Assembly (NCBI GenBank): GCA_038831915.1
Contig: JAWBKB010000003.1
Location: 665 to 64,664, forward strand
Direction: 5' to 3'
Length of the DNA: 64,000 nucleotides
Source of the DNA: Candidatus Caldarchaeum sp.
Lineage (GTDB): Archaea > Thermoproteota > Nitrososphaeria_A > Caldarchaeales > Caldarchaeaceae
Part shown: in pieces, positions 29,937 through 40,177 of the stretch
How positions within the stretch are numbered: the stretch's first letter is position 1
Layout: each line of letters begins with the position of its first letter
The notes under the pieces: generated by a model
The model's database searches: none
What the model saw: only the letters and a program-made list of their open reading frames with translations
Told to the model about the DNA's origin: nothing
Made by a program: the position numbers and the translations under genes

Positions 29937-30482
29937 GTGGTTTATTTTGCGGCCTTCGTTGTTTCATTTTCGTTGGTTCGCTTCTCACCGGATTTGGGCC
30001 TGATACCGAGATATGAAACATATCCGCCGCCGAAACATCCATACCTCTACATGCCCAACCCGATAATCTATTTGTTTTTCATCGCACCGCCAATCGCCGC
30101 GGCTTTTCTTACACCGCGTAGAAAATCCAGCCCTCTTCCCCCCATGCTTTTCCTCACGGCACCCGCCATCCTTTCACTTTTCTACAACAGGTTTGCAACC
30201 GTAGTCATCTTCGCGCCCATCCTTCTGCTCTTGCCATGGATGCCCTATCTTCGAAAACGGCTGTCCAAATCAGTTCTACTGTTCGCGGGCCTCTCTATGT
30301 TCATTCTCCTGCTTGCCAGCTTCGGCGAAAGAATCTTTCTCGGACACTTGATAACGCGGTACGTGTTGCTCGGCGTCGCTTATGGACAGTTTCACTCTTT
30401 CGGCAACATGTTGACAGCGATGACTGGGGCAGCCATGCTATATCTGCTGAGGCACTACATCGTTCACAATCCGGAATCATGA
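29937..30482 (+). CDS. Hypothetical polytopic membrane protein
   Basis: 181 aa, about 5 TM helices. Confidence 0.35.
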   Translation: MVYFAAFVVSFSLVRFSPDLGLIPRYETYPPPKHPYLYMPNPIIYLFFIAPPIAAAFLTPRRKSSPLPPMLFLTAPAILSLFYNRFATVVIFAPILLLLPWMPYLRKRLSKSVLLFAGLSMFILLLASFGERIFLGHLITRYVLLGVAYGQFHSFGNMLTAMTGAAMLYLLRHYIVHNPES

Positions 30483-30624
30483 CCGGTAATCATACGCTGC
30501 ATGAACCCTGCCTTCGACATACGTGTTCACGGGAAAGCTTCGACCACCAAAAACCGATACAATACACCGGACTAGGATAAGACAACTCAAGTTATAATTC
30601 TGAGAGATATGTCTAACTGTTGGG

Positions 30625-31272
30625 TTGAAACAGCCGAGCATCAGCGACTTCTTCACCGGCGACGTCTTGCCTGAAAAAACGTATCTGGTTTACGGCGAAG
30701 ACAAAGCAGGTAAAACATCGCTGGCTCTGACGACGGCGGCGAAAACCGCGGCCCGTGGAATGAAAACTATGTGGATAGATTGTGGAGCGCGTCTTTCACC
30801 ATTACGTTTGAAACAAATAATCCCTGACAAATTTCTGGACAAAATCTACGTTACGCAGCCACGTGGGTTCCGCGAACAGCTAACATCCATCCTCAACATC
30901 CATGACTTCCTACCGTCTGACGTTTCGCTGATAGTTGTCGACGACTTCACAAACCTCCACCGCCTTGAACTAACGGGAAAACCGAGCATCGACCTCCCTG
31001 TTTACAGAGCGTTGTCCCTTCAAGCCGCGTTGTTGAAAAACATCGCGACCACCCGTAAAACAGCTGTCATCATCATCGGGCTTGTCCACGAAATCCCAGT
31101 CATCAACGTCACGACACCGGTCGCGCAACGCATCGTAACCTATTGGACAGACTTGGTCGCAAAAACAACCCGTCAAAACAACAAATACGTCATAGAGGAA
31201 GAGAAACCTGCAAATCGGAAAATCTTTTACAAAATCACGGAAAAAGGTGTAGAGATTTTACCCGGTTTTTGA
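30625..31272 (+). CDS. RecA-superfamily ATPase (RadB/KaiC-like)
   Basis: Walker A GEDKAGKTSLAL, Walker B LIVVDDFT; size about 215 aa like RadB. Start codon uncertain (TTG). Confidence 0.5.
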   Translation: MKQPSISDFFTGDVLPEKTYLVYGEDKAGKTSLALTTAAKTAARGMKTMWIDCGARLSPLRLKQIIPDKFLDKIYVTQPRGFREQLTSILNIHDFLPSDVSLIVVDDFTNLHRLELTGKPSIDLPVYRALSLQAALLKNIATTRKTAVIIIGLVHEIPVINVTTPVAQRIVTYWTDLVAKTTRQNNKYVIEEEKPANRKIFYKITEKGVEILPGF

Positions 31273-31665
31273 CAAATAGCCTCCAATCAGCCCGAGAGCA
31301 GCCAAAACTATCAGCAACCCGCTGAAAACAAGCATGTACTGCGAAGCACGGGGCGTAAACCGTTTACTGTAAGCCATGCCGTAAAGCAAGAAGCCCGCGA
31401 ACCCAAGCAAGTAAAAAGTCGAAGTAACAAGCATTTCCGCGACCGTTTGAATTCTTTGGTCAGGGTAGAAAACACGGATGACGTCGCCGAGAAAAGCAAC
31501 ACCTATCACCACGCCCGATGAAAACCCATACACCAACCCTGCGAAAAACAGCGAAGCCGCAACGACAACAACAATCGCTAACACTTCAACATAGACAGGC
31601 CGTTTAACGGTTTCAACCACCGCGTCAACGATTCGCCGAAACCTTTCAGACATCTCTCGAAACAA
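31258..31665 (-). CDS. Hypothetical membrane protein (4 TM)
   Basis: 135 aa ORF, hydrophobic helices. Confidence 0.35.
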   Translation of the reverse strand: MFREMSERFRRIVDAVVETVKRPVYVEVLAIVVVVAASLFFAGLVYGFSSGVVIGVAFLGDVIRVFYPDQRIQTVAEMLVTSTFYLLGFAGFLLYGMAYSKRFTPRASQYMLVFSGLLIVLAALGLIGGYLSKTG

Positions 31666-31692
31666 GAGAGACGTTTGTTAAAAAAGATATTT

Positions 31693-33423
31693 TTAGGTCT
31701 GCCAGGGCAGTGGCTGAGCCGGCGGCGGGGAGCCGCGTCTCCTTCCAACCAAGATCGCAACGCCAAGCAGCACGGCGATCATCAGCAGTATCATGGGTAG
31801 AATGTATGTGGACACGGGTTCTGCAAATGCAATCGTCGTCACGGCTGTGAGAGTTTGGGTCGTTGACTGAGTAGAGGTTACGGTGCTCGTCGAAGTAGTC
31901 GTCAAAGTCGTGGTTGTAGAAGTCGTGGTTGTCGTCGTTTGAGTGGTTGGAATCGTGGTGGTCGTAGTAACAGGGACGGTTGTGTAGCTTGTCTCAGTCG
32001 AAACCACAATAACGAAACTCGTCTGAGTAATCGTTGTAGTGGCAATTGCGTAGGCCGTCGTAGTAGACGTTACGAAGGAGGTAGTCGTCGTGGTCGTGCC
32101 CACCGTGGACGTGACAGTCGTGGTCGATGTCGAAATCAACGTGTCGGGACAGAACCGTGAATAAAACGCGTCGACAAGATCCGGAGTATCTATCGACGGA
32201 GTGTAAGACGCTATTTGAGGGATTACATTAACTTGGGCGGGCGTGACAGGAACGACGGACGGTGTGAGAGACGCTATGCTAAACGAAACAGGGTTGGATT
32301 GTCCGTCGAAAAGAACGTAAAACAGCGGCCATCCTTGGTTTTCACCAGTGAAAAAGACGCATGAACCTTGGGAAGCAGCTGCATGAGCTAGTGCGCTACT
32401 CGGCATTCCTCCCGCGGTGACGATGAAGGCGTGTGATAGGCTTCCGTCACCAGCGGCCATACCGACCAGTGCAACACCAGTGGAGCCCAAGAAATTTGTC
32501 CACCCAACCAAGTACACGAGTGAGCCTGCGACCGTTAGCCCGTTAGCTTTTTCATTACTCGTAGCCGAGCCAAATGCCTTTGTCCATTGATGATTGAGCG
32601 CTGAATCAAGCTTGATCAACACAGATTCAAGCTGCCGACCAGGTATGTTTGCATAACCCGCTACAAAGATGTTTCCACCAGAGACAACTATGTCTAATGC
32701 TTCTTCGTCGTTTGAACTGGCGAATTCACGCGTCGCGATATGTCCGCCGTTCACGTCGAACACCGATACAAACATGTTTGCAGAGTTTGGGTCTACTGCT
32801 GTTCCCGCGATGTAGACATGTCCTCCCCTCAAAGCAACAGCATGAGCTATGTCATTTCCGCTCCGCACCCTGAAGCTACGGGCCCAGACGACGTTCAAAG
32901 TTGCATTAAGTTTGGCGACGTAAGCTCCTCCTGAATCTCTTCCAACAACGTAGAACGATGGTTGCGGGCCTAGTTCTAACGCGATGTCTGAAATTTTTTC
33001 GTCCGGGCCTATGTCAAACAATCTAACACCAGTCAGACCACACGTGCTGGCGTCGAAGGACGCGACGAAATGATTCGGTGCATTTGGGCCGAATGATGTT
33101 TCGCCCACGACGAAGACTCTGCCGCCGACCACGGTCACAGCTTTCGCGGCTTCTTCGGCACCTAGGTCTAGGGCTACGCTGCAGCGGTGGCTGTTGTCGC
33201 TGTTGAATATGGTGAGAAACGCGTTTGGAGGATTGGCTCCATATGTTGATGTGGAGCCGACCGTGAAAATCACGCCGTTCCCGTCGACGAAGATGTCAAA
33301 GGCGCGGTCAGCGTCGCCTCCGCCGAATGAACGTCGAAAACTCACAACCTCAGCGAAACCCGTCGAAACAAAAGACAATATGATAAGAGCAGTCAAGCAC
33401 GTGTAAAACAAACGGGCCATCAT
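31693..33423 (-). CDS. Cell-surface protein: signal peptide, beta-propeller-like repeats, Thr-rich stalk, C-terminal TM anchor
   Basis: 576 aa. N-terminal hydrophobic signal. Repeated G..V.VG blades. About 90-aa poly-Thr/Ser linker, then hydrophobic anchor plus RRRG. Typical archaeal glycoprotein layout. Confidence 0.6.
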   Translation of the reverse strand: MMARLFYTCLTALIILSFVSTGFAEVVSFRRSFGGGDADRAFDIFVDGNGVIFTVGSTSTYGANPPNAFLTIFNSDNSHRCSVALDLGAEEAAKAVTVVGGRVFVVGETSFGPNAPNHFVASFDASTCGLTGVRLFDIGPDEKISDIALELGPQPSFYVVGRDSGGAYVAKLNATLNVVWARSFRVRSGNDIAHAVALRGGHVYIAGTAVDPNSANMFVSVFDVNGGHIATREFASSNDEEALDIVVSGGNIFVAGYANIPGRQLESVLIKLDSALNHQWTKAFGSATSNEKANGLTVAGSLVYLVGWTNFLGSTGVALVGMAAGDGSLSHAFIVTAGGMPSSALAHAAASQGSCVFFTGENQGWPLFYVLFDGQSNPVSFSIASLTPSVVPVTPAQVNVIPQIASYTPSIDTPDLVDAFYSRFCPDTLISTSTTTVTSTVGTTTTTTSFVTSTTTAYAIATTTITQTSFVIVVSTETSYTTVPVTTTTTIPTTQTTTTTTSTTTTLTTTSTSTVTSTQSTTQTLTAVTTIAFAEPVSTYILPMILLMIAVLLGVAILVGRRRGSPPPAQPLPWQT

Positions 33424-33535
33424 TTTTCGGCGACAACTGCCGAAAATGCGTTATAAAAAATTTCGACAGCGGAGATTAGTCGAAATTCTTGGAGGCTATG
33501 TTCGTATTACTGGGATAGGTTTTTAGTCTGGTTGT

Positions 33536-35659
33536 ATGGCGGTTATGGCTAGAACGGCGTTGGCGTTTTCTAAAATTGTTCGAACGTTCAGAAACGTGGA
33601 CCGTGTCATCGGTGGAAAAACAGGGCTCCTCGAGCTTGGAATCCTGCTTTTCATTCTTGGCATCGCCTTTATGCTCCGCATCCTTCCGCTTCGATGGGGT
33701 GTTGCGCTTTCCGAATTCGACCCATGGGTTCAGTACAAGGAAGCAATGTTCATCATCGAGCGCGGCTGGGCTGGGTTCTGGGATTTTTTCGACTGGCATG
33801 ACGACATGTCCTGGTATCCTTGGGGAAGGGACATGGGCCGCACAGCGTTTCCCGGCATCCCGTTCGCCATGGCTTTCATCTATTTCCTGCTCAGCTCCCT
33901 CGGGTTCAGGCCTGACACGCTTGAGCTCGCCGCGGTTCTACCCGTGGTCTACGGCACGTTAACAGTCGTCGCCGTCTACTTTCTCGGAAAAAGAGTCGGA
34001 GGAACTGCGACAGGCCTCGCCGCAGCCCTCTTCATGGCGGTTAGCACAGCACACATCGGACGAACACATTTCGGATGGTTCGACGACGAAAGCCTCAGCA
34101 TCCCCCTCATGCTCGGCGGCTACCTCTTCTACTTCATAGCAATCAACGAAAAACGTTCGACTCTTGGAACTGTTCTCTCCGCCGCTTTGTCAGGGCTGTT
34201 TCTCGGATTCATGGCGGCGAGCTGGGGCGCTCACAAATTCCCCCTCGCATTCATACCGCTTTTCAGCGTGTTCCTCGCCGTAATCGGCCGCTACCACCGC
34301 AAAATACTCATAACCACAGCGATCACATTCACCATTTACACCTTGATAGCCACATCAGTTCCCAAACTGGGCCCGGGATACATCTTCGAAATTACGATTT
34401 CATCGGGCTTCGTCGCTTTGTTCGTCCTCGCCGTCTTCGAAGCCGCGTCGAAAATCCAGTCACCTGAAACGAGAAGACTAACCATTTTCACGGTGCTGCT
34501 ATTATCAGCGGTAGGGTTTGTATCGCTTGCATCTCTCGGCGTCCTCGGATTACCGGGCATCAAGTTCCTGTCAGTTCTTCTCCCAGGCCTGAGAGGAGAA
34601 CAGCCCATAGTCCAATCTGTCGCCGAAAACCAAATCCCAACATGGTCGATAATGTTTTCAGACTTTGGCCTGACTTTGCTGCTCACCCCCTACGGCGTAT
34701 ACCTCCTCCTTAAAGCACGTTCAAACGAAGACTTGTTCATCGTCTTCTTCCTCGTTCTATCGGCTTATTTCGCCGCGTCGATGGTGAGGCTTTCGCTCAT
34801 CGCTTCGCCGGCGGTCGCGATAGTCGCGGGCCACGCATACGCCAGCATTTTCAGCAGGCTCGGCGACCTCCTCGCGCAGAGAACAACGGCGAAAAAGAAA
34901 ACAGGCCAATCGCAGGTAAGCCTCGCATTCATCACGCCGGTCATCCTTATTGTCCTGCTTGTCTACTCCATGATTCCATCTGTTTACGGCGGTCTTCAAG
35001 CGGGACGCATCACTTTATCACCCGTCGACCAAGGATACCAGCCCGCGACCATCATCACCTCGAGCTTTCCCGCACGTCAGTTCATACCTGACTGGGTCAA
35101 AGCACTCAACTGGATGAGAGATAATTTGCCGAAGGACGCGGTTGTCGCTTCTTGGTGGGACTATGGCTACTGGATAACCGTTCTCGGCGAACGCATCACG
35201 TTGATAGACAACGCAACCATCAACACCACACAGATAGGAGACGTCGCTTACGCGTTCATGAGCGATGAAGGAACCGCGATGGAGATGTTCCGAAGACACA
35301 ACGTAACACATGTTGTCATCTACGTGACGCATCAGTTCATAGTTCAGGGCGGGCAGGCGTATGGTAGGTTGCTGGGATTCGGCGACGAAGGCAAATGGAT
35401 TTGGATGCTCCGCATCGCCAACCAGACAGGCTACCCGTTCCGTGAATCAGACTACGTAGACCAAAACTTCCAGCCCACACAGCGTTTCTGGCAAACACTT
35501 CTCGGACAACTCATCCCATACAAGCCAACCCAAACAGTCTTCGGACCCGGCCACCTCTACAACCCATCACAGCTCAACTACTTCCGACTCGTGTACGAAT
35601 CAAGCCCACCATACCAATCATTCGCATACGTATACGTATACGAAGTAATCTACCCATAA
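33536..35659 (+). CDS. aglB: Archaeal oligosaccharyltransferase AglB (STT3 family)
   Basis: 707 aa, 13 TM-like N-terminal domain, diagnostic WWDYGYW motif, C-terminal soluble domain. Confidence 0.9.
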   Translation: MAVMARTALAFSKIVRTFRNVDRVIGGKTGLLELGILLFILGIAFMLRILPLRWGVALSEFDPWVQYKEAMFIIERGWAGFWDFFDWHDDMSWYPWGRDMGRTAFPGIPFAMAFIYFLLSSLGFRPDTLELAAVLPVVYGTLTVVAVYFLGKRVGGTATGLAAALFMAVSTAHIGRTHFGWFDDESLSIPLMLGGYLFYFIAINEKRSTLGTVLSAALSGLFLGFMAASWGAHKFPLAFIPLFSVFLAVIGRYHRKILITTAITFTIYTLIATSVPKLGPGYIFEITISSGFVALFVLAVFEAASKIQSPETRRLTIFTVLLLSAVGFVSLASLGVLGLPGIKFLSVLLPGLRGEQPIVQSVAENQIPTWSIMFSDFGLTLLLTPYGVYLLLKARSNEDLFIVFFLVLSAYFAASMVRLSLIASPAVAIVAGHAYASIFSRLGDLLAQRTTAKKKTGQSQVSLAFITPVILIVLLVYSMIPSVYGGLQAGRITLSPVDQGYQPATIITSSFPARQFIPDWVKALNWMRDNLPKDAVVASWWDYGYWITVLGERITLIDNATINTTQIGDVAYAFMSDEGTAMEMFRRHNVTHVVIYVTHQFIVQGGQAYGRLLGFGDEGKWIWMLRIANQTGYPFRESDYVDQNFQPTQRFWQTLLGQLIPYKPTQTVFGPGHLYNPSQLNYFRLVYESSPPYQSFAYVYVYEVIYP

Positions 35660-35728
35660 ATACGCCGATAATCCTTCATTACATTCCGCTGCATAACCTT
35701 TATACACAAATTTCCCCGCCGCCCGCCG

Positions 35729-36889
35729 ATGAGAAAAGGGGCGGGACTACTGTTAGCTCTGATAGTGTTGACCATTTTCGCACCATTTCTCCAAGCAGGC
35801 CCGGCATACGGCTTGCTGCGGACATTCGGCTCAGCTGCTCGTGACAACTTTATGGAAAGAGCATATGACATAGAGGTTGACGATTATGGCATTTACATCA
35901 TCGGCTCAACTTATTCACGTTGGGGTCAACCTCAGCCGTCGTTAACTATTTTGGAGCCGGACCACAGTCATCGATGCAGCACATTTCTCGAATTCGTCGT
36001 TGACCCCGATTTCGTTCAGGGCTTTAGCTTCAGTGTGGAGGTTAACCAGACCCATGTGTTTGTTGCCGGGGTACACTGGATACATAGATACGCGGCTGTT
36101 GCGGTTCATGTCGCTACCTTCTCTAAAACCGACTGCAAACTGACGGGGACTTATACATTCAGGTTAGGAAGTACAGGAGACGCATTCGCACTATTCCCGG
36201 CCATGCTTCTTGGAGAGGGAATTGACCTTGCCGTCGATGACAGCGGCGTCTATTTACTGGTGGGATATTTTATAGTCGAAAATCTCGACTTTCACGTCTT
36301 GAAATTCGATCAATACTTGTCACCGGTTGACCAAGGGTTCTACAACATCATTCCTGACAAACCGGACCTCGGATTATCGATAGCTCTTGGTGATGAAAGC
36401 ATTTATGTGGCGGGATTAACCAACTATGACGCGAATCGTCTTGGCGGCGAACGTGTCTTCCTTCTCGAAATCGACAAAAACAATTTAGGAACTATCAGGA
36501 ACGTTACTTTGGTTCGGCCAGTTGACGAATTTTTCACGGGGCTGGAAGTCGTTGTCGACGCGGTCAACGATATCTACCTTGTAACGACTTTTCAGAAATA
36601 CATGGCGAACAACGGCATCGTTGTCTACAAATTTGACCGGAATATGAATCAGCTGTGGACCCAATCTTACGTGCTGACTCGTCCGTATGTCGACCCTTCG
36701 TTCTCCCCACCTGAACACATCCCTGTCAAATTTGCGTACGGAGTTTCCGCGGCGGTTTCCTCAGTGTATCTTTTCGTCGGCGGCTTCATAACCAGTAATT
36801 TCATCTTTGCCGGAGATGAGATCTACAGCGGGTTGTTTGCGGCGATAAACAGCATGGACGGCGAAGCTTTTTTTTCGCCTTCAATATAG
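35729..36889 (+). CDS. Secreted beta-propeller-like domain protein, paralog of the N-terminal half of 31693..33423
   Basis: Signal peptide. Shared SHRCS-containing motif (EPDHSHRCSTFLE vs NSDNSHRCSVALD). Ends with TAG overlapping GTG of the next ORF. Confidence 0.55.
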   Translation: MRKGAGLLLALIVLTIFAPFLQAGPAYGLLRTFGSAARDNFMERAYDIEVDDYGIYIIGSTYSRWGQPQPSLTILEPDHSHRCSTFLEFVVDPDFVQGFSFSVEVNQTHVFVAGVHWIHRYAAVAVHVATFSKTDCKLTGTYTFRLGSTGDAFALFPAMLLGEGIDLAVDDSGVYLLVGYFIVENLDFHVLKFDQYLSPVDQGFYNIIPDKPDLGLSIALGDESIYVAGLTNYDANRLGGERVFLLEIDKNNLGTIRNVTLVRPVDEFFTGLEVVVDAVNDIYLVTTFQKYMANNGIVVYKFDRNMNQLWTQSYVLTRPYVDPSFSPPEHIPVKFAYGVSAAVSSVYLFVGGFITSNFIFAGDEIYSGLFAAINSMDGEAFFSPSI

Positions 36890-38019
36890 TGCCGAAAGAA
36901 TTTCAAGACCCAAACCAAGTTCCCTCTGTGTTAGTCCATGGTGTTGACGCCTTCCGCGACTGCGTCTACCTCGCCGGAGTTTCTCAATACTACAGGCTTG
37001 AATACGTTTTCCTTAACAACTTTAACTTTACCTTTTCATTGTTGACCGATAGCGGGAATCCAACACCGCTCGGACTCAAACATGAGAGACGCTACGACAG
37101 ACCCGACCAATACAGTTGGCAACCCATCTTCGACCAGGACACCGGTGCGTCATCGTACGGTTTTTATGGTGTTTTCTGTGTTGGGTCTTTCATCGCTTCG
37201 ACGACGTCCACGACGACGGTCACCGAAACAGCTACAATCGCCCAAACAACGACGTCCACCACCATGATAACACAGACGGACACGACGACAACCACACGAA
37301 CGACCACGAACACTTTACAACGCACTGTAACTACCACAAGTACTTCTGTCGCCACCGCTCTGGTCACTGACACGGTTTACGAAACACAGGTTGTCTACAC
37401 GACCAACCGCGTTACACGTGAAGAAACGGTCCGCACGACGGTTTATTCCACGGCTTACCAGACCTTAACCGATTACACAACTGTCACGAACGTGGTTGAA
37501 ATGACTAGGCATGGTGCGGGCTTGACCGAAACCGTGCTTCTTGTTCAGAACACGACTACGACAATTTACATGGACCAGACGAGGACTTTTATAACCACTG
37601 CCACCACGACCGTGAAGGAAACCGATTGGATTTCTCTCCCGCCAGTGTTTTACATACCGTTTTTCCTGCTTCCAATCCCCTTGGCCGCGGTTGTGCTGAG
37701 CAGGAAAAGAGTCCGCATAGTCATCAACAAGGCTCATCCGCCGCCTAATTGGAGGACAGGAGACGCGCGTGTCATCGATGACATATATTTCACGCCCAGC
37801 GTCCTCAACATCAGGAAAAACACAACCGTGACATTTGTGAACGAGGACGAAATACCGCACGTCATAGTGGCGTACGACGGGCCTGCGGAATATCTCTTCT
37901 CATCCGAGGAAATTCAGCCGGGAAAGAAGTGGAAGCATAAATTCGTCGAGCCAGGAGTGTATCACATCGCGAGCCTCAACAAACCCTACGCAGGCGCGAT
38001 AATCCGGGTCGGTCGCTGA
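36889..38019 (+). CDS. Thr-rich stalk + TM anchor + C-terminal about 100-aa domain; probably the detached C-terminal half of the preceding gene
   Basis: Begins with propeller-like sequence, then poly-Thr, TM, and a domain with HVIV...PG..W..F.EPGVYH (cupredoxin-like pattern, no Cys ligand). Confidence 0.5.
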   Translation: MPKEFQDPNQVPSVLVHGVDAFRDCVYLAGVSQYYRLEYVFLNNFNFTFSLLTDSGNPTPLGLKHERRYDRPDQYSWQPIFDQDTGASSYGFYGVFCVGSFIASTTSTTTVTETATIAQTTTSTTMITQTDTTTTTRTTTNTLQRTVTTTSTSVATALVTDTVYETQVVYTTNRVTREETVRTTVYSTAYQTLTDYTTVTNVVEMTRHGAGLTETVLLVQNTTTTIYMDQTRTFITTATTTVKETDWISLPPVFYIPFFLLPIPLAAVVLSRKRVRIVINKAHPPPNWRTGDARVIDDIYFTPSVLNIRKNTTVTFVNEDEIPHVIVAYDGPAEYLFSSEEIQPGKKWKHKFVEPGVYHIASLNKPYAGAIIRVGR

Positions 38020-38072
38020 ACCAATAAGCAACGGTTTTTATTGCCCTGTTTTCATCGTTATGCTGAAGGCCT

Positions 38073-38621
38073 ATGTTGTCGGCTATTTTCGACCTTGCGA
38101 TAGCGGTTCTGCAGCTTGTCATCGGCGTGGCTTTGGCGTTGTTCAGCATCACCATCGCCATCAACATCCTCAACAGAGCCACGAAAGACATCAACGAGTT
38201 CGAGGAACTTCGGAAACGAAACCTCGCGGTCGGCGTCTACGTCGCAGGCATTTTGATCGCTGTTGGAAACGTTGTCGGCCAGGCGGTTTCCGGCATCAGC
38301 AAAGCGGTTGTCCCCGGCGCGTTCAACCTACCAGCACTCATCGGAGGATTTGTCCAGCTCTTCATCGGACTACCGCTAGCCATCGTAGTGGTTACATGGG
38401 CCCAGAACAGGGTTTACAGCTGGCTCGTCAAAGCCGCGTCAGCACTGCCTAAAGTCGAAATCGAGAAATTCAACATCCAGGACGAGTTGAAGAACGGAAA
38501 CCTCGCCGTCGCCCTCGTGTTGTTCGGAACATTCGTGGCTATTTCGCTGGTCATCAGCCAAGGAGTCGCGTTCCTCAGCGAACCCATATCATCCGCCATC
38601 AGAACGCTGCTCGGCGGATAA
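38073..38621 (+). CDS. DUF350-like membrane protein (two repeats)
   Basis: 182 aa. Two TM pairs, each followed by GN.AVA-type motifs. Confidence 0.45.
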   Translation: MLSAIFDLAIAVLQLVIGVALALFSITIAINILNRATKDINEFEELRKRNLAVGVYVAGILIAVGNVVGQAVSGISKAVVPGAFNLPALIGGFVQLFIGLPLAIVVVTWAQNRVYSWLVKAASALPKVEIEKFNIQDELKNGNLAVALVLFGTFVAISLVISQGVAFLSEPISSAIRTLLGG

Positions 38622-38635
38622 AACCCTCTTCCTTT

Positions 38636-39400
38636 TTATCCAATATAGAACGGCTCTTTCGAAGGCCTTTCCTCTGCGGGGACAGCGGCCCGCGTCAACC
38701 CCAGCTGCTCCATCTCCTGAATCATGCGTGCTTGTTTGTCGATTTCGCGGTCGATGGCGGTGAAGTCGATTTCCACGTTGAGGTAGCGGGAAACCACTTC
38801 GAGAAGTTTTTTGGCGGCCAGATGGTCGGGCATGTAGGATGAAGTATCTGAGAAAAGCATCGATACTTTTCTCTTGTCACGTGCGAAAAACAGCATCAAA
38901 AACCCGCTCGTCCTATCCACCGGCAGGTTTTCCAGCGACGGACTTCTTTTAGCACCCGCGTCGAGAAGAGATTTTGACTGGTCAAGGTTTGTAGTGGAAA
39001 CGAAGACGCTTCCTTCACCGCTTATCCTGCCGCTGGCGAGAATAATGTATTCCTTAACCTTGTGTTGGACGAGAAACTGGTATATCTTCGAAGCGACTTC
39101 ATAGCTTCCTTCATTTCCTTCGACGGGGAAGGCTCTGCTGAGAAGAAGAAGTTTAACATCCCTGACCTTTACAAGGTAGAGCTCAAGCTTGGGCCGCGAA
39201 GCAATTCCATCATCGTTGATGATGCTTATCTGGGGAAAATGAGGTGAAACAATTTCCCCAACCAGAACCGCGTCGAACACTTCACGGAGGTAGTTGACGG
39301 CAAGGATGCCAGCTGCTCCAGCGGTCGGCGAGCCTTCGATGAAAATCGCTCCGTCAAGGTCAGGACTGTCGAAAACGCTGACTTTTGTTTCGAGAGGCAT
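38636..39400 (-). CDS. PAC2-family proteasome assembly chaperone-like protein
   Basis: 254 aa. IEGSPTAGAAGILAVNYL...SPHFPQ pattern resembles PAC2/DUF75. Confidence 0.5.
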   Translation of the reverse strand: MPLETKVSVFDSPDLDGAIFIEGSPTAGAAGILAVNYLREVFDAVLVGEIVSPHFPQISIINDDGIASRPKLELYLVKVRDVKLLLLSRAFPVEGNEGSYEVASKIYQFLVQHKVKEYIILASGRISGEGSVFVSTTNLDQSKSLLDAGAKRSPSLENLPVDRTSGFLMLFFARDKRKVSMLFSDTSSYMPDHLAAKKLLEVVSRYLNVEIDFTAIDREIDKQARMIQEMEQLGLTRAAVPAEERPSKEPFYIG

Positions 39401-39457
39401 TTCCTCACATATCGCTGGATTGGTTGTTAAAAAGCATGTCTCAGCAAAAAATGTAAT

Positions 39458-40123
39458 TTAAGCCGTGGCCGGCAGAAGGTCGGCATAGCAGAATCTGTTA
39501 TCGCGGACAACCGTTTCACCCACTTCGACCTTTATCGGAACGGAGAAGAGAGGCCCAGCGTAGACAAATGTATGGAATTCGCCGTTTTCACCACAGGGGT
39601 CGACTTCCGCCGGAAGTTCTTTGAGAAAGTTTCGGTCGAATTCACGGCCCGCGAAAGATTTGGGAAGTTTTTCGAGGTCTACTACAGCGACTTTGGCACG
39701 GTAGCCAAGGCTGAGAAAAGTTTCGGCGAGCTCCGCGGTCGAACGTCCCCAAATTGGAAAAAGCGGCTTCAAACCAACTGCGTTGAGGTTCTTTTCACGG
39801 TATTTTCTGACGTCTTCGAGAAATATGTCGCCGAAAGCGATTGCGTCGACGCCCAACTCCTTCAACTTCAAACACGTGTCACGCATGATGGATTCGTAGA
39901 CTTCGTTCCTGCAGTTAGGAGGGATGAATGCTTTGAAAAGTGGAAGACCGAGATGAAGTGCTTGGAGGTCGACCAATTCTTCCCGGACGCCGTGCATGCT
40001 GACCCGTCGGTAGCCGGTCGTCACGGTGGTCAGCAACCCAACCACCTCAACATCCATCTCCCTTAGAACATGAAGCGTGAAGCAGCTGTCTTTGCCGCTG
40101 CTCCAGGATACGATTGTTTTCAT
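39458..40123 (-). CDS. Second PP-loop ATP pyrophosphatase of the Dph6/MJ0570 family
   Basis: SSGKDS motif. Start taken at ATG 40121..40123 (MKTIVSW); the longer ORF would overlap the divergent SBP gene. Confidence 0.65.
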   Translation of the reverse strand: MKTIVSWSSGKDSCFTLHVLREMDVEVVGLLTTVTTGYRRVSMHGVREELVDLQALHLGLPLFKAFIPPNCRNEVYESIMRDTCLKLKELGVDAIAFGDIFLEDVRKYREKNLNAVGLKPLFPIWGRSTAELAETFLSLGYRAKVAVVDLEKLPKSFAGREFDRNFLKELPAEVDPCGENGEFHTFVYAGPLFSVPIKVEVGETVVRDNRFCYADLLPATA

Positions 40124-40140
40124 GCTGGTGGTTTGGTTGT

Positions 40141-40160
40141 TTGAATATTTATATATTGGA
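40141..40160. promoter_or_regulatory. AT-rich TATA-like element (tttatatatt) in a 55-nt divergent intergenic region
   Basis: Sequence only; positioned about 25-30 nt from both start codons. Confidence 0.3.
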
Positions 40161-40177
40161 TGGATTATCCAACCAAC

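Noticed and set aside
31800-32160. Repetitive ACx/GTx-rich DNA that could be mistaken for a repeat array or CRISPR
   Set aside because: It encodes the poly-Thr/Ser stalk of the surface protein. There are no regular spacers.
33476-33799. 107-aa minus-strand ORF overlapping the aglB start
   Set aside because: It is antisense to the AglB N-terminus, and AglB is far better supported.
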